From a virus (Duplodnaviria; Heunggongvirae; Uroviricota; Caudoviricetes), in IMG/VR virus record IMGVR_UViG_2822641076_000001, positions 1 to 57,829 of that record: a stretch of DNA of 57,829 nt, one strand, 5' to 3'. The notes beneath the pieces are model-generated. The model did not search any database. It worked only from the letters and a program-made list of their open reading frames with translations, and was not told the origin of the DNA. A program made the translations under genes and the position numbers. Every line of letters begins with the position of its first letter. The stretch's first letter is position 1. Shown piece after piece: positions 21,282 through 27,845 of the stretch.

Positions 21282-22544
21282 CTAATTAATTTGTAGGTTC
21301 ACTTCAATTGGAATAATCTTTCCATCACCACGTACAACAATAACTCCTTGAGATGCATCAGACATCCCTTTGAAGTTTCGTGCGTAGTCATTGCGTCCCA
21401 TTAAGCTACCAAAGTAAATCTCTTTCTTAGAGAAGTTACGGTCAATAACTTTGTGACTGTGGAAGTGTCCCATTACAAGAGCTGTTAATTCTACGTTATC
21501 CATAGATTCATGCGATGCGATTTTGTTTGCATCTGCTTGCTTCTCTTTGTCTCCGTGAACGAATTTGATGTAAGTGTCTTTCCCGAATTTCTTCAAGATT
21601 GAATAATTGTAATCTGTATTATCAATTAAACTTAATCGTGGAATATTCGCCATCTCAACAAACGTCTTAATGCTCTCATAAATAACTGCTGTCACATTAT
21701 CACCTGTGATTACACTGTCTTTGTGTGACTGCATTCTGTCGTGATTACCACTTGTCAAACCAAGCTCTACATTGCAGTAGGCTGTTAGAGATACTACGAA
21801 ATCAATTACTAAACGTGTTGCTTTATTGATTTGTTCCGCCATATTGAACTCACATTCAAATGGTTGGTTTGTAGGTCTCATTGAGATTTGCTCGATGATA
21901 TCACCATTATGTATTACCGTTACGTCATTAACATTGAATGTCTTAACGTAGTAAAGAACTTCTTCTTTCATCTTCTCTAAGCGTTTCTTAGCGATTTCGA
22001 AGTTGTAGTCATTTCCATAAACACCCTCGACAACTGCTCCCACATGCCAATCTTGTAAGCAAACTACTAATTCGTTTTCACGTCTCTCTAATTTACCTTT
22101 GTAAGCATATTCGGGAACTTCAATAACACAGTTATCTAACATCGCATCTCGAACTTCTTCTGCAATTGTATGGAAGTCAGCTAAATCACGTTTAGCTTTA
22201 TTCAAATCACGAAGAACAATTTGGTTCTCACGTTTTTCTTGATACATTTCACCAACCATATTGCGAATAGATTCTAATTTAGATGTAGAAACCATATCAG
22301 CATGTTTCTTAACAGGTACTAATTTACCAATCTTCTTCTGATAGTCTTTTACAAGACAACGATATGCCTCGTTTACATCTGAGTTTTCGAATCCTTCTTG
22401 TTTCATAAGTTCACGATGTTTTGACCAAACAACACGTCTACTAGGACTCATTTCTTGTAATTGAAGTTTAATTTCCACTGCTGTTTCTAAGTGTTCCTGT
22501 GATACTTCAACTACTTCGTCCTTTTTGTTCGTGTAGCGTCTCAT
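21282..22544 (-). CDS. Calcineurin-like metallophosphoesterase (YonJ-like)
   Basis: Motifs DWHVG, GDIIE, GNHDR, HGD, GHFH. Start moved to MRRYTNK after GAGGCGG. Confidence 0.85.
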   Translation of the reverse strand: MRRYTNKKDEVVEVSQEHLETAVEIKLQLQEMSPSRRVVWSKHRELMKQEGFENSDVNEAYRCLVKDYQKKIGKLVPVKKHADMVSTSKLESIRNMVGEMYQEKRENQIVLRDLNKAKRDLADFHTIAEEVRDAMLDNCVIEVPEYAYKGKLERRENELVVCLQDWHVGAVVEGVYGNDYNFEIAKKRLEKMKEEVLYYVKTFNVNDVTVIHNGDIIEQISMRPTNQPFECEFNMAEQINKATRLVIDFVVSLTAYCNVELGLTSGNHDRMQSHKDSVITGDNVTAVIYESIKTFVEMANIPRLSLIDNTDYNYSILKKFGKDTYIKFVHGDKEKQADANKIASHESMDNVELTALVMGHFHSHKVIDRNFSKKEIYFGSLMGRNDYARNFKGMSDASQGVIVVRGDGKIIPIEVNLQIN

Positions 22545-22545
22545 C

Positions 22546-22749
22546 TTAGTATTCCGCCTCATCATTTGGCTCATTTAAAACCTTGTCCAATTTAATAGTG
22601 AATGAAATCTCAGCTCCATTAAATTTAGCTAGCTCACTATCAATATGGATATCTCCAAGGCAAACACCTTTTTTATCATATTCTGTGATAATTCGATTCT
22701 CAGCATCTAGTAAACCTTTTACACTAATCGTGTGTGTCTCTTTTGCCAT
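22546..22749 (-). CDS. yonK: YonK-family small protein
   Basis: MAKETHTISVKGLLD...FNGAEISFTIK resembles SPbeta YonK as recalled, and the gene is syntenic with the YonJ-like gene. Confidence 0.7.
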   Translation of the reverse strand: MAKETHTISVKGLLDAENRIITEYDKKGVCLGDIHIDSELAKFNGAEISFTIKLDKVLNEPNDEAEY

Positions 22750-22815
22750 GTCTACATTTCCCCTTTTTCTCATAATCCATTACGGTAAATGAAATTTTAC
22801 CGACCTATATACAAC

Positions 22816-22840
22816 AAAAAAGACACCTATCTCGGTGTCG
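22816..22840 (-). terminator. Terminator closing the tRNA/ncRNA operon
   Basis: Minus strand GACACC-GAGATA-GGTGTC followed by TTTTTT. Confidence 0.7.
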
Positions 22841-22916
22841 TATAATACAGAAAATATATTATGTTATTGTATATAATATTATATAATGTATTCGTACATT
22901 TAAATTCTAAATAAGA

Positions 22917-22962
22917 GTGCAGGCTAGCGGAGTCGAACCACTATTAAAACCATAACCTACAT
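22917..22962 (-). ncRNA. tRNA-like minihelix (acceptor stem plus T-arm only)
   Basis: TGTAGGT/GCCTGCA stem enclosing TAGTGG-TTCGACT-CCGCTA. No D or anticodon arm. Confidence 0.45.
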
Positions 22963-22965
22963 ATT

Positions 22966-23040
22966 TGGCACGCCCTCTAGGACTCGAACCTAGAATAGAA
23001 GTTTTGGAGACTTCTGTGTTACCAATTACACTAAAGGCGC
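22966..23040 (-). tRNA. tRNA-Trp(CCA)
   Basis: Cloverleaf, anticodon arm GAAGT-CTCCAAA-ACTTC, encoded CCA. Confidence 0.93.
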
Positions 23041-23100
23041 ATGACACCTTGCCGTTTATATTTAGTAGGAACGGCTAGGGTAGAAACCTACATACATTTG

Positions 23101-23515
23101 AAAAACTCACACAAGAAGTGCAGGAAACTCATGTGAGGTTGCACTTTTTCATATTTAGTTGTCTATAATGTTCGCATAAACCATCGTCAACGAACTCTAT
23201 CGCTCCCACACTTGCCTTCAATATGAGAAACAGAGCGACTTTCCAATGTCTACCGTTGGTGGGTTGGTATCCTTGTCCCACATCTCTTAGTAATTAAGCT
23301 TTTTTTAAGACTCGAACCGTTAATACGCTAGCATGTATTGTCACGTATTCAAGCGTGATAGCTACCTCTTCTATCCTCAACGGTGACTGCGATGATAGCA
23401 AGCAGATAAGACAATCTCTTATCGGGATGGATAATGGTATCTTTAAATCGTCCCCCATTCGGGAATGATGCAGTTGCCTTTGCACCTGACTAATTTTTTA
23501 GGCTTAGTCCACCTT
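23101..23515 (-). ncRNA. Unassigned structured RNA between tRNA-Ser and tRNA-Trp
   Basis: Many hairpins (GACTAA/TTAGTC, GATAAGA/TCTTATC, TCACG/CGTGA, AAGTGCA/TGCACTT) and no credible CDS. Confidence 0.4.
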
Positions 23516-23518
23516 TAA

Positions 23519-23608
23519 TGGAGGGAGAGAGGCTCGAACTCTCGCTACCTTTAAATAGGTACTAACAGTTTAGCAAACTGTCCTCTTCACCAACTTGAGT
23601 ACCCCTCC
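23519..23608 (-). tRNA. tRNA-Ser(GCT)
   Basis: Class II cloverleaf with a long variable arm, ACAGT-TTGCTAA-ACTGT, no encoded CCA. Confidence 0.9.
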
Positions 23609-23640
23609 AAGATAAAATCCAATTCCGTAAAAACAGAACT

Positions 23641-24458
23641 GGTCTTGCGTAGGCTGAGATTAAACCTCGCATTGAGTGCCTTTAGAAAGATTATATCTTC
23701 CTCTCTTATCCACGTAATCCTCTTTTGGAGCAATTACGTATCACTCACAACCGCACGTTTTAATTAGTCGCTGTGCATTCTGCGACCTGTTACACTACTA
23801 CTCAATAGCTCCTATTCTGTCAACGTTGCCACGCTATTAATCTCTGCTAAGAGAACCATGCAATTCACTATCAAACAATCAGAGTTTTGCGAACTCATCA
23901 TGCTCCTCATTCAACTTTCGTTGTGGGGATTTAGGTTGCCTTCGTAATGTAAGGAGACAGGCTTTCGCTTGTATGAATTTTAATTAGTCATATATTAATC
24001 ATCTTTTTAGATTACCATATCTAATACCTGTATTAGTCTCTGTGACCGAAGACGTGCTGTCTCAGTGGCTTCGTAATCTTTTGGATTACAAAATACCACA
24101 CGCCTTCATGTTCTTTCGCCAACTAGCTACTCAAACCGTAATCAAAGTTACTTTGGCTTTCGACCATTTCGCTTTCACTACTGACTGTCGCCCTTGCTTG
24201 TTAGACTCGGACTGTACAATCTCTCGATTCACTCTCGTTTCTTCATTACTTTAGCGTGGAGTGTATTGGTGCTAACCAATACTGCTACTACATCGTTGAC
24301 CTCGTAGCGTTTTCTCCGTAATTTCACGAAACTATCACCATCATCACAATGATGACTTAGGAGTGTCGATTGTGCTTGGATTGACCGTTTACACGGTGGC
24401 AACTTGTCACATTGCCTTTACGCAACTCACGTTACGCTATCAGAGCCAAGCCTCGAAG
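23641..24458 (-). ncRNA. Large structured ncRNA, ROOL-like (alternatively GOLLD)
   Basis: ~800 nt without a credible CDS inside a phage tRNA array. Dense hairpins include two with CAAAAG loops. The 3' segment AAAGGC...TAATCTCAGCCT resembles ROOL as recalled (unverified). Confidence 0.6.
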
Positions 24459-24464
24459 TAAAGA

Positions 24465-24537
24465 TGCACCTTGTAGGGTTCGAACCTACATATAACGGCT
24501 GTTTAGGCGGTCTGCTTTCACTTTAAGCTAAAGATGC
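24465..24537 (-). pseudogene. Degenerate tRNA (mismatched anticodon stem, loop CTAAACA)
   Basis: Intact acceptor (GCATCTT/AAGGTGC), D and T arms. The anticodon arm is irregular. Confidence 0.65.
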
Positions 24538-24552
24538 ATATTGAAGGGAGGG

Positions 24553-24623
24553 AGGAGTTTATCGGACTCGAACCGATTACGCCTTGACTACGCCAAGTGT
24601 TTTGCCTGTTAAACTAAAACTCC
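24553..24623 (-). pseudogene. Degenerate tRNA with a 5-nt anticodon loop (CGTAG)
   Basis: GGAGTTT/AAACTCC acceptor, intact D and T arms, anticodon arm CTTGG-CGTAG-TCAAG. Confidence 0.65.
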
Positions 24624-24626
24624 ATA

Positions 24627-24711
24627 TGGTGGCAGGGGTAGGACTCGAACCTACGAACTCGATTGAGGGGAGATTTACAGTCTCCTGTCATTGCCACTAG
24701 ACTACCCTGCC
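24627..24711 (-). tRNA. tRNA-Tyr(GTA)
   Basis: GGAGA-CTGTAAA-TCTCC, long variable arm, encoded CCA. Confidence 0.95.
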
Positions 24712-24720
24712 ATAATAAAC

Positions 24721-24796
24721 TAGCACCCCTAGAGAGATTCGAACTCCCGACTCACGGGGTAGAAACCCGTTGCTCTATCCACTGAGCTATAGGGGT
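24721..24796 (-). tRNA. tRNA-Arg(TCT)
   Basis: ACGGG-TTTCTAC-CCCGT. The 3' end reads CTA. Confidence 0.9.
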
Positions 24797-24801
24797 AAAA
24801 A

Positions 24802-24876
24802 TGATGTGGTATGAGAGAATCGAACTCTCATCTTCTGATTGGAAGTCAGAAATCATAGCCATTAGACCAATACCAC
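24802..24876 (-). tRNA. tRNA-Gly(TCC)
   Basis: TCTGA-CTTCCAA-TCAGA. The 3' end reads TCA. Confidence 0.9.
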
Positions 24877-24890
24877 ATGCTACAAAACTA

Positions 24891-24964
24891 AGAGGAGAGT
24901 GGGATTTGAACCCACGAATAATAGGGTTGCAACCTACCGTGTTAAGCCTCTTCACCATCTCCTC
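24891..24964 (-). tRNA. tRNA-Cys(GCA)
   Basis: GTAGG-TTGCAAC-CCTAT, U73 discriminator. Confidence 0.9.
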
Positions 24965-24970
24965 ATAAAA

Positions 24971-25123
<153 letters not shown>

Positions 25124-25220
25124 ATAATGGATGCTTGTTTTGATATCATAGGTCAAGCAGAACCTACCGCTTTGCGTACCGAATCGTAGATTAACGACGT
25201 GGAATCGGTAAAAACGTCAA

Positions 25221-25294
25221 TGCCGACTGTAGGAATCGAACCCACGACCTGTTGCTTACAAGGCAACCGCTCTAACCTGCTGAGCTAAGTCGGC
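25221..25294 (-). tRNA. tRNA-Thr(TGT)
   Basis: GTTGC-CTTGTAA-GCAAC. Confidence 0.93.
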
Positions 25295-25299
25295 TTAAA

Positions 25300-25530
25300 G
25301 GAGCTGTTATGTTTTTTACGTGGCGCTACTCCCCTGCGTCCACATCATTCAAGTTTTTCCGTTGCTTGCCAACTAGCTAGCTCCCGTAGTCTAGCAAGAA
25401 TTTTAAAGCCCACGTTTTATGACTTATTGTCACAGGTAGTGGAACACCCATCTTTCCTCTAATCCTATGTAAGCTGTTACCCTCAACATAAGACGACCTT
25501 TCGGAAGGGTCTTTCATCTGCATAATCTGC
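25300..25530 (-). ncRNA. Unassigned ~230-nt structured RNA between tRNA-His and tRNA-Thr
   Basis: Several hairpins and a terminal H-type pseudoknot. No ORF. Confidence 0.4.
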
Positions 25531-25533
25531 ATA

Positions 25534-25604
25534 TCAGCATGGAGAGAATCGAACTCTCATTCATGGATTCACAGTCCACTGCGTTACCATTACGCCACAC
25601 ACTG
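25534..25604 (-). tRNA. tRNA-His(GTG), atypical
   Basis: GTGGA-CTGTGAA-TCCAT. It lacks the G-1/C73 pair (C at -1, A73). Confidence 0.8.
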
Positions 25605-25662
25605 GAAACTAGATACTAAAACTAGGCTAATATCTAGTTTCCAAAGCATGGACTTTGGTCGA

Positions 25663-25736
25663 TTTCCAAGGAAGGCTTCGAACCTCCAAACTCTAGCTTC
25701 AAAGGCTAGTGACTTTACCAATTCGTCTACTCGGAA
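25663..25736 (-). tRNA. tRNA-Gln(TTG)
   Basis: CTAGC-CTTTGAA-GCTAG. Confidence 0.88.
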
Positions 25737-25740
25737 ATAA

Positions 25741-25815
25741 TGGCGGTGCATACGGGATTCGAACCCGTGCTACTTGGTAGACAGCCAAGTGTGTTAACCT
25801 CTACACTAATGCACC
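25741..25815 (-). tRNA. tRNA-Asp(GTC)
   Basis: CTTGG-CTGTCTA-CCAAG, encoded CCA. Confidence 0.95.
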
Positions 25816-25844
25816 ATAAAAGCATCCACTAAGGATGCGAAATA

Positions 25845-26087
25845 TTAAATACTAACTAAACCTTGAATATTCTTTCTTAAAACATCATTCTCAGCTTTAC
25901 TTGTTTTTGCATCTTCTACAAAGGATTGTAGATTAGCAATTTCAGCCTGAGCTTCCTTGATTACTTCGTCTAAATGTGCATCAGAAGCATCAATATCTTC
26001 AATCGCTTTTACAAATACTTCTTGGGCAGATTGTGTTTTAGCTTGAGCTTTTTTAATTCTTTTACCGTGTAAATCTCTTTTAATCAT
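25845..26087 (-). CDS. 80-aa coiled-coil protein inside the tRNA array
   Basis: RBS AAGGGGAAGGGA before MIKRDLHGK. The longer ORF in the track overlaps tRNA-Pro. Confidence 0.7.
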   Translation of the reverse strand: MIKRDLHGKRIKKAQAKTQSAQEVFVKAIEDIDASDAHLDEVIKEAQAEIANLQSFVEDAKTSKAENDVLRKNIQGLVSI

Positions 26088-26121
26088 AATTCCCTTCCCC
26101 TTTTTCTCCGTTTTAAAATAA

Positions 26122-26195
26122 TCGGGATGGCAGGACTTGAACCTACGGCATCCACACCCCAAATGTGGCACTCTACCAAACTGAGCTACATCCCG
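26122..26195 (-). tRNA. tRNA-Pro(TGG)
   Basis: CCACA-TTTGGGG-TGTGG. Confidence 0.93.
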
Positions 26196-26196
26196 A

Positions 26197-26250
26197 TGGA
26201 AGCAGGAGGTGAGTCACGACCTCATAAACAACCCGTTAGTTGCCTCCTGC
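26197..26250 (-). ncRNA. 54-nt tRNA-like RNA ending in CCA
   Basis: GCAGGAGG/CCTCCTGC stem, two short hairpins, 3' end TTCCA. Confidence 0.55.
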
Positions 26251-26251
26251 A

Positions 26252-26327
26252 TGGCGCACCTAGATGGATTCGAACCACCAACCAAAGAGTTAACAGCTCT
26301 CTGCTCTACCATTGGAGCTATAGGTGC
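26252..26327 (-). tRNA. tRNA-Asn(GTT)
   Basis: GAGAG-CTGTTAA-CTCTT, encoded CCA. Confidence 0.95.
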
Positions 26328-26368
26328 AAAAAACGAGATAATAGAGAATCATCTCTACTACCTCGTTA
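26328..26368 (-). terminator. Terminator-like hairpin between HU and the first tRNA
   Basis: AACGAGGTAGTAGAGA-TGAT-TCTCTATTATCTCGTT followed by TTTT, then tRNA-Asn. Confidence 0.6.
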
Positions 26369-26399
26369 ACTTGTAATCTCTATGAGATTTAATTGTGAA

Positions 26400-26690
26400 T
26401 TAACGTACTGAATCTTTTAAAGCTTGAGAAGCCTTGAACTTAGGTACATGCTTTTCAGCAACTTGTACTTCTTCACCAGTTTTCGGGTTACGTGCTGTAC
26501 CTGCTTCTTTGAATTGACGTGTGAACGTTCCTAAACCTGCAACTTTAACTGCACCGTGTTCTTTCATACCTTCTACAATAGCACCTGTTACTGTGTCTAC
26601 CACACGACGAGCGTCAGCTTGATTTAATTTAAGACCCATTTCCTCACGTAAAGTTCCTTGTACCTCTTTAGCTAATAATTGTGTATTCAT
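26400..26690 (-). CDS. hup: HU/IHF-family DNA-binding protein (YonN-like)
   Basis: VKVAGLGTF...ARNPKTGEEVQV.EKHVPKFKASQALKD signature. Start moved to MNTQLL. Confidence 0.95.
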   Translation of the reverse strand: MNTQLLAKEVQGTLREEMGLKLNQADARRVVDTVTGAIVEGMKEHGAVKVAGLGTFTRQFKEAGTARNPKTGEEVQVAEKHVPKFKASQALKDSVR

Positions 26691-26770
26691 TCTTTCATTT
26701 CTCCTTTTTCTCATTAAAATTTAGTATTTTGTAGTTATTAAAATTCATTATTTATTACACTTGTGACAAA

Positions 26771-27127
26771 TTAAGAATCAAACTTGTCACTCTCTAAGCC
26801 GATTGCTGATTTATCAGATTCAGATAGAGTTGAGAAGTTGATGTTTTTATCATCAAACTTATGTAACTTTCTCACTTTGTTGTGAGACATAACCTCTTTA
26901 TCTTCCTTATTCTTCATTTCTTCTTCTTTGTGCCATACAATGTAATTGGATAGGCTGTCTAAGAAGTACTTAACAGGATTACTATTCCAGTTTTTGTTGA
27001 TTTCAGTTTCATACTTTCCAATCAACTCATTAACTTTCATCATCTTCTCCTCTAAAGTAATGGAAGTTTTAAGTTCAATAGTTTCTCCAATTGGTGATAA
27101 AATCTTCATTTTATTTAACCCTCTCAT
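26771..27127 (-). CDS. Hypothetical protein
   Basis: 118-aa ORF co-oriented in the operon. The start may be MKILSP at 27109. Confidence 0.65.
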   Translation of the reverse strand: MRGLNKMKILSPIGETIELKTSITLEEKMMKVNELIGKYETEINKNWNSNPVKYFLDSLSNYIVWHKEEEMKNKEDKEVMSHNKVRKLHKFDDKNINFSTLSESDKSAIGLESDKFDS

Positions 27128-27153
27128 TTATTATGTCATTTAGTAGGTATGTT

Positions 27154-27705
27154 TCAGGCAGTTTTTTGTCGCACTTTTTTACACTTCTTACAATCATGCT
27201 TAAAACCGTCTTTACTCTTCTTATCTTTTGCGAAGAAACTTTCTGTAACTGGTAGTTCCTCTTCACACTCTCGACACTTCTTTGTAACCGCTTTCAAAAT
27301 AGTATGGTTAATGTACTTCTTCCACTCTAACTCATTCTCTTTTGCGATTGATTTGTAGATTGTATTTAGCATTTTTCTAGCGCCACTCTCATCCACACCT
27401 GTTTCCATCCTACCAATGTCAGCGAATGAGTAGCCTCTTGATACCAAGTCAATTAGCATCATTTGACGTTCATTAAAGTTACACTTCTTAATTAATGTTT
27501 CTAATGAAGCATATAGTGCAACCAACTCTTGATTTAGATGCTGTGAGTTACCTGCAACATCGAAGTTATCGTCTTTCTCATCATCGAAATATGGATTAAC
27601 CGTATCCATAAACTCTATTAACCATCTAATTGCATTTTCATCAGAGAGGTTTACTTGTTGAAAGTTACGCTCTCTTGCATGGATATCTATGCTTACCGCA
27701 CCTAT
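27154..27705 (-). CDS. Sigma-region-4-like HTH plus Zn-ribbon protein, probable ATA start
   Basis: The frame stays open 32 codons upstream of ATG 27609, to an ATA located 5 nt after AGGGAGAGGG. HTH-like GYSFADIGRM...SGARKML and CxxC...CxxC. Confidence 0.6.
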   Translation of the reverse strand: MGAVSIDIHARERNFQQVNLSDENAIRWLIEFMDTVNPYFDDEKDDNFDVAGNSQHLNQELVALYASLETLIKKCNFNERQMMLIDLVSRGYSFADIGRMETGVDESGARKMLNTIYKSIAKENELEWKKYINHTILKAVTKKCRECEEELPVTESFFAKDKKSKDGFKHDCKKCKKVRQKTA

Positions 27706-27730
27706 GATAACCCTCTCCCTTCAATTCATA

Positions 27731-27762
27731 ACAAAAAGAGACCGAAATGATTTCGCTCTCTC
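27731..27762 (-). terminator. Terminator after the RecD2 helicase gene
   Basis: GAGAGCGAAA-TCA-TTTCGGTCTC followed by TTTTT. Confidence 0.65.
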
Positions 27763-27845
27763 AATGTTTATTATTCGTTTCATTTGTTAAATCAATATTA
27801 TCATTATTTTTTACACTTGTCAAACTAGCTTTGATTCACAGTGTT

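Noticed and set aside
157-22792. Plus-strand ORFs antisense to virion genes
   Set aside because: They are shadow ORFs of long minus-strand CDSs, with no RBS or plausible protein features.
22842-22869. dif-like site (…AGAA-AATATA-TTATGTTA…)
   Set aside because: Only the XerD-like arm matches, the XerC arm is poor, and the context is very AT-rich. Kept only as a test substrate.
25128-25220. HDV-like (theta) ribozyme downstream of tRNA-Thr
   Set aside because: No P3/P1.1 or J4/2 cytosine arrangement could be built. Only a simple H-type pseudoknot fits.
26127-26369. 80-aa plus-strand ORF and the N-terminal extension of 25845..26171
   Set aside because: Both overlap tRNA-Pro/Asn genes and are reading-frame artefacts.
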